Under the pieces are notes generated by a model. It made no database searches and was not told the origin of the DNA. It saw nothing but the letters and a program-made list of their open reading frames with translations. Shown piece by piece: positions 32,260-43,129 of a DNA stretch of 64,000 nucleotides. Made by a program: the position numbers and the translations under genes. How positions within the stretch are numbered: the stretch's first letter is position 1; every line of letters begins with the position of its first letter. Origin of the DNA: Aulosira sp. ZfuVER01 (GTDB lineage Bacteria; Cyanobacteriota; Cyanobacteriia; Cyanobacteriales; Nostocaceae); NCBI GenBank assembly GCA_034530615.2, contig JAVRCV020000028.1, positions 1-64,000 of the forward strand, in the 5' to 3' direction.

Positions 32260-32882
32260 TGGTTAAGAAACGTCTCTCCGATTTATTACAAGAAGAAGCA
32301 CAAAAATTTACCCCTCCCGAAGGTGAATCAGCTATCGAAGTTACTGCTGAAACAGTTAGCGAACAAAATGTGCCAGCAGCGGAAGAATTATCAACACAGA
32401 CACCTGAACAATCAACTTCAGCTAGGCGTACAACTGCTACTAAGGCTGATTTAGAAGTAACCATCAAAGAGTTAAAAGAAACTCTTGAACAATCTCACCA
32501 GAAGGAAGCCACTCTCCAAAAACAAGTTGTAGATTTACAATCAGCTGTATCTGAACAGAAAGCATTAGCAAAACGGCTGACGAAAGAGCTTGATGAAGCG
32601 AAAAAAGCCGCATTGCACCTTGCAGAATCTAATTCCAAGCTTATAGAAGAAATTAACTCTTTAAAACAAGAAAAGGAAAAATTTGCCGAAGCTAACGCCA
32701 AGCTTGTAGAACAAGTAGAACAAAGTAGCGCCTTGAAGCCACAACAGGAAACTTATAAGCCAGTCAAACAAACCTATCACCAAGATAACTACAGAAAATC
32801 TTACCGAACTTCGGAAAAGCTAGCGACAACACAACCAGATGAATCTGAAGATACTTCTTCTCAAATGTGGTTACTGGACTAA
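32259..32882 (+). CDS. mcdB: Coiled-coil protein, probable McdB
   Basis: Basic N-terminus ([10 protein letters not shown]), long E/Q/K coiled coil, Trp in the last four residues (MWLLD); 1-bp overlap with the ParA gene. Confidence 0.72.
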   Translation: MVKKRLSDLLQEEAQKFTPPEGESAIEVTAETVSEQNVPAAEELSTQTPEQSTSARRTTATKADLEVTIKELKETLEQSHQKEATLQKQVVDLQSAVSEQKALAKRLTKELDEAKKAALHLAESNSKLIEEINSLKQEKEKFAEANAKLVEQVEQSSALKPQQETYKPVKQTYHQDNYRKSYRTSEKLATTQPDESEDTSSQMWLLD

Positions 32883-33003
32883 AGTTTCAGCAAGTTAATA
32901 GCGAAGAAACATTGTAAGTAGATTATCTCAGGGAATACCAAACAATAAAATATCCCATCTTAAAGAAGGTGCGTTAATGAAATAATGTACCTTCTTTATT
33001 AAA

Positions 33004-33834
33004 TTAATCCCACCAAAAGTACCAGACTTTTCTGTGTAGCAAGAGATTTGCTAATTTATTTAGGGTTTGTACTCCTTGGTCTACAATATCGTAGCAATAG
33101 ATATACTGTTCTTGAGCCAGTTGAAATGCAGCCTCACGATTTTTAGGAGGATGATTAACCCACATTTCTACAACATCATTGGTAATCCCAACTACCTCTG
33201 CACCATACTTCTGATGCCAATACTTCATCAGACAAACGTGTATTGCTGATTCAGGACAGTCATTCCAATTGCCAAACTTGAGAAAAGCCGGAACTTCCCA
33301 ACTCGATATTGTTGGAACTAATGCCAAAACTATGCTTGGATGTGGTAAACCAGTCAAAATATCATAGGGAATTGTGTATTTTTCATCAACAGCAGAAATC
33401 AGCTCGTTCCACTCACCTATTTCTGCTAATGTTAGTGGATCTAAAATTATATTTTTATCATATTCCCTAAAATATTTCCATTCTTCCCGTCGCTCTTGCG
33501 CTGTATTGTTCAGCCACTCGTTAGCATTTAAAGAAATTCCCTGTTTGATGATTTCAGCAATAGTTAAAGTTTGATCTGTTGAGGAATCGTGAGTGTAGAA
33601 TTGCAGAGTTTGTAAGTGAAATTCAACTTCATTTTGATTACCTAATAATAAAGGATAGTGTTCTGTCTCATCAACAAGCTGGCGAAGTTGCTGCCAAAAC
33701 TGAATAGCTTCAGAGCCGAGAACTCTCAATCCGTAAATCTTGTGTGAGTCAACTTGCCAAAGTAATTCTAGAGCATCCGAGTTCACACTATTTTTGGCTA
33801 ATGTGGCTTTTAGCTGGCTGTGATTGAGAACCAT
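33004..33834 (-). CDS. DUF4253-domain protein
   Basis: FGNWNDCP, WHQKYGAE, LAQEQYIYCYDIVDQG, terminal WYFWWD. Confidence 0.85.
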   Translation of the reverse strand: MVLNHSQLKATLAKNSVNSDALELLWQVDSHKIYGLRVLGSEAIQFWQQLRQLVDETEHYPLLLGNQNEVEFHLQTLQFYTHDSSTDQTLTIAEIIKQGISLNANEWLNNTAQERREEWKYFREYDKNIILDPLTLAEIGEWNELISAVDEKYTIPYDILTGLPHPSIVLALVPTISSWEVPAFLKFGNWNDCPESAIHVCLMKYWHQKYGAEVVGITNDVVEMWVNHPPKNREAAFQLAQEQYIYCYDIVDQGVQTLNKLANLLLHRKVWYFWWD

Positions 33835-33961
33835 AATGTTTACCTAGTTACCTGACATCCAGTTTCTACAAGTTAACTTTGTGTGTAAATCCTGATTTTC
33901 CAGACAGGGCGACCTATTCCGGTAACATGAGTAATTATCAATAAGTCTTAATCAATAGCTT

Positions 33962-34315
33962 ATGTCTTCTACTCCCCTAAAATTGAATCTAGTTGAAGGT
34001 TCTGTCTCTTTGAGTTTTTCACCTCAAGGCGCACAGGAATTAAAAGGAGCGTTGGATGAATTGATGGCTCGCCTCAAAACTGTGGCTGCTAAAACGACTC
34101 CAGGTAGCGGAAAAGTCACTCCTCAGGCTCCTGTCGAATATCGCTACACTGGTGAGGTATTTTTGGAAATTTTCTGTAATCCAAATATCTGGCCTACCCC
34201 CTTCGCTGCTAAAGTCCTACTCACCGTCCGTGATGTCAATATTCGTCTCACTACAGAGGCGGAATTGACTCGCGTGATTGAAGACGTTAATCAGTATTTA
34301 GAGCAAGTTGGCTAA
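33962..34315 (+). CDS. Conserved cyanobacterial hypothetical protein
   Basis: 117 aa; FLEIFCNPNIWPTPFAAKVL motif; followed by a hairpin at about 34330-34363. Confidence 0.75.
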   Translation: MSSTPLKLNLVEGSVSLSFSPQGAQELKGALDELMARLKTVAAKTTPGSGKVTPQAPVEYRYTGEVFLEIFCNPNIWPTPFAAKVLLTVRDVNIRLTTEAELTRVIEDVNQYLEQVG

Positions 34316-34599
34316 GTTGGTTAAAAATTACCGGAGCAGTCTACAATTGGAAACTGCCCCGGTTAGGGAATGTACATACTATACTCAGATGGCGGCATCG
34401 GAAGTAAACAAAAACTAGGATGCCGATGCGATCGCTACTGGAAAAGTTGTATAAATTCGACTCTAATGCTTCTCTCTTAATGGGGGAATTGAAGATCCTG
34501 GATCGGAGTAATGTTAATTAAAACCAGAGATTATCCCTCAAATTTGGCTCTCAATCCAAAATCTGAAATTGAGTCAAAATCTGAAGTTGAGTTTATTGA

Positions 34600-34836
34600 T
34601 TAGTCGTTGTCCCATTCTTCACGACCAATCAGATCGCCAATGCGATCGCGTAACAAAAAGTCACATTTTTCTAACTCACATTCAACGCAAACCCACTCTC
34701 TCGCAGGGATGTATTGGCAGAGTGTATATATTGGCTGTTGCCGGCTGACCATTCCCTTCTGCACCAGTCGGCGTGCTTCGTCTTGAATTACATCTAGAGA
34801 GTAGTAACTGATAGAGGGCACCGTATTCACACTCAT
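34600..34836 (-). CDS. DUF4327-family protein
   Basis: YSLDVIQDEARRLV..G.VSRQQPIY.LC..IPAREW..E.ELE...FLLRDRIGDL...EEWDND. Confidence 0.85.
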   Translation of the reverse strand: MSVNTVPSISYYSLDVIQDEARRLVQKGMVSRQQPIYTLCQYIPAREWVCVECELEKCDFLLRDRIGDLIGREEWDND

Positions 34837-34925
34837 GATTTTTACTCACAAATTACACGTAGATAGTGTTCCCGATATTTACTTGGAACAAACATGACCA
34901 GAAATAGACTTGTAGCTAAGGTTTT

Positions 34926-34939
34926 GTAGTTTGCTATAC
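34926..34939. promoter_or_regulatory. Possible NtcA box upstream of the DUF4327 gene
   Basis: GTA-GTTTGCTA-TAC fits GTA-N8-TAC. No canonically spaced -10 found, so it may be chance. Confidence 0.25.
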
Positions 34940-35632
34940 GGAACTAATTTCATTTTGACGCTACATATCCTCAAATTATCTAAAGAAATGTTAATAAAGT
35001 CAACATATTCTGACATTAGTAGTCAATCTGCTTCATATAAGAATACCAGGGTAGTTAACATAACCTGCTATATAGATTTTTTGTTTTTGATTCAAAAAGG
35101 TTCAAAAGCAGGCAACAAAAGGCTTGAAGCATATTTGAGTAAATAGGAATAGTACATAGGAAACAACTCGGTACTGTAAAAGCTGGTCTAGTTTTGCTGC
35201 TAATTATCTAGATGAAAACCAGGCAGTAATCTCTGGCAAAAAGTCGGGTATAAACTATTGCCAAATATTAGGGCTAACGTACACCAGGAAACCTGACAGC
35301 CTCTCATCTGTTAATTATTTCTTAAAGAAATTCTTATTTGCCGTGTTAACTTAGGCACTTAATGCAACTCAAATTCTCTGTGGGATGATTTACTTTTAGG
35401 GTAGCAATAACTTGGGTGAAGCGATCGCTAATTACTCGTAATACAGACCAGGATAAATTGTTGAAAGTCTCTACAATTAGCGATCCCCGCATTACTACAA
35501 AGTAATTCCATCAATTCCCAGACACGAACAAAAACTACATTATTATGCATCTATGCAGAAGTAAAGGAACGATCCCCAAGAGATTGCAGTGTTTGCAGTA
35601 GGTTGAGAAGACTCAGACAAACAAACAATGTA

Positions 35633-35763
35633 TAAGTTAAGTCGGCAGAATGCACAAAACCATATTACGAAACGTAAACACACATAAAATCCTTACCAAT
35701 GACATAAGACAAATGACAAATAACGAGCTTCACTAGTTAGCTTTATTTGTGCCGATCTACTTA
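35633..35763. mobile_element. Degenerate MITE-like element
   Basis: Imperfect TIRs TAAGTTAAGTCGGCAGAAT / ATTTGTGCCGATCTACTTA with internal ATGACA repeats. Confidence 0.5.
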
Positions 35764-35893
35764 AACTTATGCAAAACACTCTTCCCTAAAGCTATAGTCA
35801 CATTGAAACAGACGTTATCTAGTCACGTCTGTAAACTGGTTGGCGAATTTTCAGGGATTAATTGTTCGAGAAGTACTTTGTTGTTTAAGTCAC

Positions 35894-36316
35894 TTATTCC
35901 GAGATTTCATCATCATCTTTGTCTGCATTGCTGTCATCCTCTGCTGACAAATTTTCGGCTGGACGCTCATACTTGAGTTGGTTCAACAGCGTCAACACTC
36001 TTGTACCGCGTTCTAAAGAACGGTCTTCAATAAATATCACTTCTGGGGTGCGACGTAGCCTTACCCTAGCACCAAGCTCGCTGCGGACGTAACCAGTTGC
36101 CGATTTTAAGCCCGCCATTGTTTCAGCTTTGGCTTCTTCTGTGCCATAGATACTGACGTAGATTTTGGCGTGTTGTAAATCCCCAGAGACATCAACATCA
36201 GTCACACTGACCATTCCTGTACCCACACGGTCATCCTTAATGCCGTGAAGTAGCATTTGGCTAACTTCCCGTTTAATCAATTCAGCAACGCGGGAAACGC
36301 GGCGATTTGTAGCCAT
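35894..36316 (-). CDS. rbfA: Ribosome-binding factor A
   Basis: [46 protein letters not shown]. Confidence 0.97.
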   Translation of the reverse strand: MATNRRVSRVAELIKREVSQMLLHGIKDDRVGTGMVSVTDVDVSGDLQHAKIYVSIYGTEEAKAETMAGLKSATGYVRSELGARVRLRRTPEVIFIEDRSLERGTRVLTLLNQLKYERPAENLSAEDDSNADKDDDEISE

Positions 36317-36423
36317 AAAAATTCTGCCTCCTCACAGAGGTTGTACAACATAACAATAGATAGAAATCAGGTAGGATAGTCCTTGCCCAACTGTCTGGAG
36401 GGCAAACCTCCTATAGCTCCAGC

Positions 36424-36630
36424 CTAGATTGTATTTAAGCCCAGCATGGCGCGGAGGGTGAAAGTAATGAAGGCTAGGCTACCAAAAAATAAACCTATGA
36501 GGGCAATCAAGGTGACTGGGCGTTTCAACAATGGAAACAAAGGCTCAAACGTGTTCAAAAAAATCCCAAAGATGATAGTAATCAAGTAGCGGGGGTAGCG
36601 CAGGACGTTATCCCAGAATCCGTCAAACAT
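36424..36630 (-). CDS. DUF751-family membrane protein
   Basis: FWDNVLRYPRY...TLRAMLG; usual neighbour of cyanobacterial rbfA. Confidence 0.88.
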   Translation of the reverse strand: MFDGFWDNVLRYPRYLITIIFGIFLNTFEPLFPLLKRPVTLIALIGLFFGSLAFITFTLRAMLGLNTI

Positions 36631-36782
36631 TTATTTAGACTGCCTTGTTATAGACTATAAGTTTGTTTTGATATGCGTGTTTAATTCAATTGTAATCGAT
36701 AGGGCCTGAAAATTAATAAATTCCTATAAAATAGGATTCGTTAGTTTATAGTGGTTAGGTTTAGTAAGTAAGTTGCAATGAA

Positions 36783-37613
36783 ATAGTAAGCCAAATTCTT
36801 AAAGAAATTTGTCCAAGTCCCTCTTGGAAGTGGGCAAGTGGTAAAAGTCGGTTAATTCAGCAATATATTCCTTATTTGCCCATAAAATATCACACTTACT
36901 TTGAGACATTTATTGGTGGGGATGCCGTTTTTTTCTATCTTCAACCACAAGCAGTAGTTATTACTGATATTAATGCGGAATTGATTACTACCTATCGCTG
37001 CGTTCGAGATAAAGTTGAAGAATTAATTTCCTTATTAAAAAAACATAAATTTCGACATAATCGAGACTATTATAGCGTCAGAGCTAATCCTGGAAGCACC
37101 GATATAGAAAAAGCTGCGCATTTAATTTATCTGAATAAAATCTGTTTTAATGGACTTTACAGAGTCAATTCCAAGGGTCAATTTAATGTGCCCATAGGCA
37201 GATACGAAAATCCTAATATTTGTGACTAAGACTTACTGCGAGCAGCCTCAGCAGCCCTTACATCTACGGAAAATAAACAGGCTGATTTTGTATAACTGTT
37301 AAATTATGTAACCGATAGCGATGATTTTGTCTTTTGCGATCCGCTTTATCATTCTATAGGTAGTACTAGTTATTTTACAGGTTACAATCGTGATTCTTTT
37401 GATGAAGAAGACCAAGAAAGTTTAAAAGGTATTTGTGCTAAATTTCCTAATAGGGGTGTTAAAGTGATATATGTAATTCAGATTGTGAATTTATTAAATA
37501 TATATATAATATAATTAAGTTTAATATTTATTCCGATCGCGGCAGCAAGGTCGATTAATTCTAATACTAAAAAACGCGGCACGATCTACGAATTATTAAT
37601 CACTTCCTATTAG
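36783..37613 (+). pseudogene. Dam-family (D12 class) DNA adenine methyltransferase pseudogene
   Basis: KWASGK, ETFIGGDAVF, FNGLYRVNSKGQFNVP, DPLY (37338-37349). Start appears mutated to ATA; stops at 37227 and 37293; frameshifts near the 3' end; ends ELLITSY*. Confidence 0.9.
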
Positions 37614-38086
37614 CAATATTTATTTGCCCAGGCTATAAATCTATCTAAGCTGTAAACCCCTAATAAATTTCGATTATACTTAACCTGTTGCCTGAGCCAA
37701 TTAATTGCTCCTTCTCTCATCCCTTCACCGCCAATAACCACAATAGTTGGTGCTGGGTAAGAATTCTGAATATTCAAATTTAAATAAGGAAACTTTTCAT
37801 CAACAGAACCTCCACTTTCCTGCCATTTGCACTCGATAATTAACCCTGACGGGTTTGCTGATAAACCAACAACATAAAAATCAACTTTTAGGGCAGTTTG
37901 ATAAATTCCTGCACCAATATAAACCTGTTTTGCATAGCGTTTTGGCAATAAAGTCGCAGTTAAGAGAAATTCTTTTGTGACATGGTTTCCAATTTGGAAA
38001 TAATTATGTCCGTTCAAGACTGCTTCTATATTTCCTTCTAGAATATTTCCAGACTTATTTGCCCGTGCGCCTTGAGTCATAGTCAT
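37610..38086 (-). CDS. PD-(D/E)XK nuclease superfamily protein (restriction endonuclease-like)
   Basis: AN.SG..LE, KVDF, IIECKWQESGGSVDEK motifs; uninterrupted frame. Confidence 0.82.
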   Translation of the reverse strand: MTMTQGARANKSGNILEGNIEAVLNGHNYFQIGNHVTKEFLLTATLLPKRYAKQVYIGAGIYQTALKVDFYVVGLSANPSGLIIECKWQESGGSVDEKFPYLNLNIQNSYPAPTIVVIGGEGMREGAINWLRQQVKYNRNLLGVYSLDRFIAWANKYC

Positions 38087-38506
38087 GCTGAATCCTTCTG
38101 CCAAAATCGCCTCTGATTCTAGGATTCCACGGCAGGAGTCACAGATGCTATGTTACTTAATATGAATTTTCAATTTTGCATCAAAAAAGCTGAATTAAAA
38201 GATAGAAACTTGAATTTTTTTAGTACTTTTGTACCAATTTATCTTAATAATTTTTGATTACTGTATAACAGTTACTTCACCCCCATTACTCTCTTTTGTA
38301 ATCAGAAGGTACGGAGGTAAAGTTACATATTTGATTTTTTTCCACGAGATGAATTTGATAGGAGATTAAATCAGAGAAAGACAGACGAGATGGCTGAAAA
38401 CCCGATACCAATTTACTTTTACTGCTACATTTGAAGATTCATCAACGGGAGCAGGGAAGGAAGGTATGGGGAGATGTAGATGCCTGAAAGGCGGCTTTAG
38501 TAGGGT

Positions 38507-38543
38507 AGGGGACAAGGAGGACAAGGGAGACAAGGGAGACAAA
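38507..38543. repeat. Tandem GACAAGG(G)A repeats
   Basis: Same 9-mer family as at 14491-14530. Confidence 0.7.
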
Positions 38544-38571
38544 TAACTCTATTGCCTTCTTAACCATTGAC

Positions 38572-39792
38572 TCAGCCTGTCTGAGCTTGAGTATTACCGT
38601 TGCGGATAGCCCATGCGAGGTCTAACAGTTGAGTCCAACGCTTTTGCAGTTGTTTGGGGGTGCATTTGAGGGTTTTGGCGATCGCCTGATCGCTGTGGCG
38701 TGCAGTTTTTAATTGTAAAATTTGCTGTTGTTGTTCTGATAGCAGACCTAAAAATGTTTGCCACTGTTGAGCAGAAAGACCCAATCTATGCTCTAAACCT
38801 GCGCCTAGCCATTGATGTACCAATTGCCATTGATGTTGCTTGGCAAACTTTTCTACATGGTATTTAAAACGCTGTTGCAGGTAGTCACGCTGACGGCTGC
38901 TCAAACCAAGAATTTGGTCAATTTCTGGTGCAGAAAGGTCTTGCAGCTTCAGAGTGAGGTAATCTACACAGTCGGATTGACCTTGTGATTCTAAATAATT
39001 GATTAATTCTGCAATTACGCGATCGCGTTCTGATTCTTCTGAGGGATCGAAGTTATTTTGCGCGATCATCTGCGATCTTAGCTGTTGCACCGCCGAGTTA
39101 CGCTGGTAAGCTTCGCCTTCTTCACTCTTAGCCGACTCTACCGCCATTTCGATATCTACGGTAGTTTCTTGCGGTTGGCGACGGGCAAAACCTTGGGCGC
39201 GTAAGATAATTAACTGCTGACTAGCACTCCCAGGTAAATTGATGCGGCGCTTGGCATATTGTTCTGTAAATGCCATGTATTCCGCTAATTGCAGCTGAGT
39301 GCGGGGCGTGTAATCTTCAGCTAGTTCGTTTTCCCGACGGAAAGCTTTGATAGCTTCGATATAAAATGCTTGTAAAAAATCTTCAATCAGGTTGTAACGT
39401 CCCTGAAATCCCATATCTGAGCCGGAAATAGTAACGTGGCGATAAACCATAGCACCCAGATTGCTATGTAATTCTACACGTCCTCTGCGCGAACCTAATT
39501 GGTAGTAACGCAGACACTTTTGCAAACGATGTCTTGCTAGCGTCAACTGCCAAGATTGGATTTCTCCTGATGTTTGGATGCGGGTGCTTTTATCACAAAT
39601 GCGTTCCACTTCTCTAGCTATACGTTTCGCTACCGCTTGCACACACCCAGGTGCAGCTTTTACTTGAGCTTGGATTTCTTCTAAGAGCAGTTGCATCAGA
39701 GTATCGATGTTGCTGGCTGTTACTTCTGTGGTTGAAGCGTGGAAGTTAAAAGCGGATGTAGAGATTGGCAGATTAGCAAGGTTAGCTTTCAT
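38572..39792 (-). CDS. HetZ-related DNA-binding protein
   Basis: YYQLGSRRGRVELHS.L, LIEDFLQAFY.E, LAEYMAFTEQYAKRRI, QRDYLQQRFKYH, C-terminal HTH. Confidence 0.85.
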   Translation of the reverse strand: MKANLANLPISTSAFNFHASTTEVTASNIDTLMQLLLEEIQAQVKAAPGCVQAVAKRIAREVERICDKSTRIQTSGEIQSWQLTLARHRLQKCLRYYQLGSRRGRVELHSNLGAMVYRHVTISGSDMGFQGRYNLIEDFLQAFYIEAIKAFRRENELAEDYTPRTQLQLAEYMAFTEQYAKRRINLPGSASQQLIILRAQGFARRQPQETTVDIEMAVESAKSEEGEAYQRNSAVQQLRSQMIAQNNFDPSEESERDRVIAELINYLESQGQSDCVDYLTLKLQDLSAPEIDQILGLSSRQRDYLQQRFKYHVEKFAKQHQWQLVHQWLGAGLEHRLGLSAQQWQTFLGLLSEQQQQILQLKTARHSDQAIAKTLKCTPKQLQKRWTQLLDLAWAIRNGNTQAQTG

Positions 39793-40159
39793 AACTTTTA
39801 CTAGGAGTGGTATTGCACCGTTATAACAATGTCCGTTCAGCACCTGAGTCTAGTCTTGGTTGATAAATTGGGTATTCATCCATCAAGACTCGCTGTGAGC
39901 AGTGCTCACATATATGACTGTACGAAATCTGAAAAAGTTACAGGTTAGCATTGTGTCGGTTTTTTCACAAGCAACCTCATCCAGGTGGCACAGAGGTATT
40001 GACCATGTTCTCAAATTGGCCCAAAACGATTACTGTGGCGAACTTTGTCGTCATCCGTTTCTACCTGCTTTTGGCCCCTGTAATTAGGACAATTGTTAAA
40101 CTGGAGCTTCTTTACTTAGATTTTCCGAAATTGAGGAATTAGCTTGTGAAGTTTAGTGA

Positions 40160-40816
40160 CTAAACCCATGCTGCTGCTGCTTCCCAACCTAAACCTCGTC
40201 TTGTAATCATTGGTTGATCTCCCGTCAAATCCAAAATTGTAGACACATCATATGTAGGTTCCTCGCCAGTGTCCACAATTACATCTACTAAGTTATCTAA
40301 ACGGTCAAACAGTTCCACCTGAGACAGACTAGATTTTGGATTGGCTCCGCTCCCATCACCTACCTCATCTGGCGGCAGATGAGCCGAAGTGGAAATAATG
40401 GGATTACCTAGGGCTGTCAGCAATGCCAAACATACAGTATGGTCTGGAACTCGAATACCTGTAGTTTTGCGTTTGGGGTTTTGCGCTAGTCTTGGTACCA
40501 ATTTAGTAGCAGGTAATAAAAATGTGTACGGTCCTGGAATTAGGCGCTTCATTATTCGATAAGCTGTATCACTTACGAAGGCATAAGTTGCCACATTTGA
40601 TAATGAAGGACACAAAAATGTCAGCGGTTTGTCATTCGCTAGCTGCTTAATTTGCCGTACTCGTTCCACCGCCGATTTGGCATTTAAATCACAACCAATT
40701 GCATAGACCGTATCAGTAGGGTAGAGCATTACTGCGCCGCTAGAGAGTGCCGATTTTATTTCCTCTATACGGCGGATTTGAGGATTATCAGGATGGACTG
40801 TGAAAATTTTTGCCAT
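40160..40816 (-). CDS. Sua5/YciO/YrdC-family protein (threonylcarbamoyl-AMP synthase-like)
   Basis: YPTDTVYAIGC, PGPYTF, GIRVPD, ISTSA, STILDL. Confidence 0.92.
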   Translation of the reverse strand: MAKIFTVHPDNPQIRRIEEIKSALSSGAVMLYPTDTVYAIGCDLNAKSAVERVRQIKQLANDKPLTFLCPSLSNVATYAFVSDTAYRIMKRLIPGPYTFLLPATKLVPRLAQNPKRKTTGIRVPDHTVCLALLTALGNPIISTSAHLPPDEVGDGSGANPKSSLSQVELFDRLDNLVDVIVDTGEEPTYDVSTILDLTGDQPMITRRGLGWEAAAAWV

Positions 40817-41016
40817 AAAAAATTTGGGAAGAAAAATTGGGGGTTGTACATTGTCAGAAAAATATAAAATTGAATACTAGATCGAGTGGCAGTAAATACG
40901 ACTATATTAAGGCTGTTAATCAGGAATAATCAGTTATTCAGGTGTCAGTCGGCAGTTATTAGCTTGTGTACTGTGTACTGTTAACTGATTACTATGTACT
41001 GATGAGAAATTCATAT

Positions 41017-42288
41017 ATGACCAAAGTTGCTTATCTTCAATGTCCATCGGGGATTGCCGGTGATATGTGTTTGGGAGCGTTGGTAAGTCTGGGTGTTCCT
41101 TTAGAGTATTTAGTTGAAAAACTCAACAAATTGGGCATTCAACAGGAGTACCAGTTAAGGGCAGAACTTGTCCAGCGTCATGGTCAGCAAGCGACTAAAG
41201 TCCATGTGGATTTAGCACACGAACATGAACACCATAACCACGAACACCACCACCATCATGCACGCCTTTTGCCAGAAATTGAGCGGATGATTCTTCAAGC
41301 AGAGTTGCCACCAAGGGCAGAAGCTTGGAGTTTGGCAGTATTTCGGCAACTAGCAGTCGCAGAAGGTGCTGTCCACGGTATAGCCCCAGAAAAGGTTCAC
41401 TTTCATGAGGTGGGTGCTGTGGATGCGATTGTGGATATTGTCGGCACTTGTTTGGGGTTAGATTGGTTGGGTGTTGCCAGTAATGACGAAGGATGGCCTC
41501 TACTCTACTGTTCAGCGTTTCCCACAGGTGGGGGAACAGTCCGCGCTGCACATGGACAAATGGCAGTACCCGTACCCGCAGTTTTGAAGTTGTGGGAAAT
41601 GCGGGGTTGTCCAGTTTATAGCAACGGTATTGAACGAGAATTAGTAACACCTACAGGAGCCGCGATCGCTACTACTCTAGTCAGAGACTTTGGTTCGCCA
41701 CCACCAATCACTATTCAGCAAGTAGGATTGGGAGCAGGTTCGATAAATTTGCCCATCCCCAATATACTAAGGCTCTGGCTGGGTGAAAGCAGCAGTTTAC
41801 AGTCAGATTTTACCAAAAATGGCGATACAAGCCCAAGTTTAGAAACTATTTCTGTTCTCGAAACCCAAATTGATGACTTAAACCCCCAAGCAATTGGCTA
41901 TGTATTTGATGCATTGTTTGCGGCGGGTGCAGTAGATGTGTTTACTGTGCCTATAAGCATGAAAAAATCCCGTCCGGGGATATTGCTAACTGTGATTTGT
42001 CATCCAGAAAATTTACCTAACTGTGAAGCAGTTTTATTTCGGGAAACTACAACTTTAGGAATTCGCCGCACAACTCAGCAACGCGCCATCTTAAAACGGG
42101 AAATTCAACAGGTAGAAACTGAATATGGTACAGTGCGTGTCAAGGTAGCTTGGCAGAAAAAAGATGCGATCGCTAACGTGCAGCCAGAATACGAAGATTG
42201 TGCAGAATTGGCACGCAAACATAATATTCCCTGGCGGGAAATTCAGCGGCTAGCATTACACAATTGGTATTTGCAAAGACCGAATTGA
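41017..42288 (+). CDS. larC: Nickel pincer cofactor biosynthesis protein LarC
   Basis: SGIAGDMCLGAL, His-rich tract, VHFHEVGAVDAIVDIVG, ELVTPTGAA, MKKSRPG, PEYED. Confidence 0.94.
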   Translation: MTKVAYLQCPSGIAGDMCLGALVSLGVPLEYLVEKLNKLGIQQEYQLRAELVQRHGQQATKVHVDLAHEHEHHNHEHHHHHARLLPEIERMILQAELPPRAEAWSLAVFRQLAVAEGAVHGIAPEKVHFHEVGAVDAIVDIVGTCLGLDWLGVASNDEGWPLLYCSAFPTGGGTVRAAHGQMAVPVPAVLKLWEMRGCPVYSNGIERELVTPTGAAIATTLVRDFGSPPPITIQQVGLGAGSINLPIPNILRLWLGESSSLQSDFTKNGDTSPSLETISVLETQIDDLNPQAIGYVFDALFAAGAVDVFTVPISMKKSRPGILLTVICHPENLPNCEAVLFRETTTLGIRRTTQQRAILKREIQQVETEYGTVRVKVAWQKKDAIANVQPEYEDCAELARKHNIPWREIQRLALHNWYLQRPN

Positions 42289-42384
42289 TATCCTGTGTAG
42301 TGAAGGACTATACAGGCTTTGCTATATCTTGAATGCTCAACTGAGCGCTTAAAATGCGATCGCGTCACTACAAAAATAAAAAAC

Positions 42385-42407
42385 GGGGTAAGCATTTCGC
42401 TTACCCC
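42385..42407 (-). terminator. Intrinsic terminator
   Basis: GGGGTAAGC-ATTTC-GCTTACCCC with an A-run on the left (T-run on the minus strand). Confidence 0.7.
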
Positions 42408-42438
42408 TATCTTTAACCGATGAGTGATTTAAATTAAC

Positions 42439-43032
42439 TTATCTAAATGTGCCTTTGACTGCGTCCGCTGCATCTTCAGCTGAACGTTGAACATTTGTCT
42501 TGGCATCTTCGCCTACACGTTGGGCATTTTTGCTCAAACCTTCAGCAGCATTCTGGGTGTTTTCTTTAATATTTGCAATGCCGCGCTTGGTTCCCTTACC
42601 AACGCCTTCCCCTACTTCTTGAGCAGAGCTACCAATATCTTCTCCCAAGTTCTTCACTCTTTGACCAAAGGGTGTACCTTGGCGATAATTTTCTACATAT
42701 TGCCCTGGACTATCAATACCCTTTTCATCAACGTTTCTCTGAGCATTGTCCCGCAGAGCCTTTGCTCTGGTTTCTGCTGCGCGTTGATCTCTCTCTGCTC
42801 TAGCATCTACATCATTAAAGTTGTTCATTCCACCTCGAGGAGAATTGAGATCGTAGCTTTTTGTGGGATCGTATCTTTCAGCATTAGGTGGCTGAGAACT
42901 GGGTTGTGATGGCTGTGCAGCTATTCCGGGATTATTACAAGCTTGTGTCAGCAATAGGAAGAGACTGGCTACAAAAGCCGTTAAAACTTTCGCGGGACGA
43001 ATGTTTGTAAACCAAGCAATAACTCGTTTCAT
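42439..43032 (-). CDS. Putative lipoprotein with LEA-like hydrophilic repeats
   Basis: Signal peptide with LTQAC lipobox; GGMNNFNDVD; A/E/K/G-rich helical tail. Confidence 0.7.
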   Translation of the reverse strand: MKRVIAWFTNIRPAKVLTAFVASLFLLLTQACNNPGIAAQPSQPSSQPPNAERYDPTKSYDLNSPRGGMNNFNDVDARAERDQRAAETRAKALRDNAQRNVDEKGIDSPGQYVENYRQGTPFGQRVKNLGEDIGSSAQEVGEGVGKGTKRGIANIKENTQNAAEGLSKNAQRVGEDAKTNVQRSAEDAADAVKGTFR

Positions 43033-43129
43033 TTTGCTACTCCTTACGTCGTTTTGCGGAATTTAAACTTTAACCAAGATGGTTTTGGGGATGTTTACCC
43101 TTTTCAAGTCCAGTGGAAAAACAAAAGTT

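Noticed and set aside
31627..32882. Plasmid or prophage parAB partition cassette
   Set aside because: The partner lacks ParB motifs, no replication or phage genes are present, and the context is core chromosome
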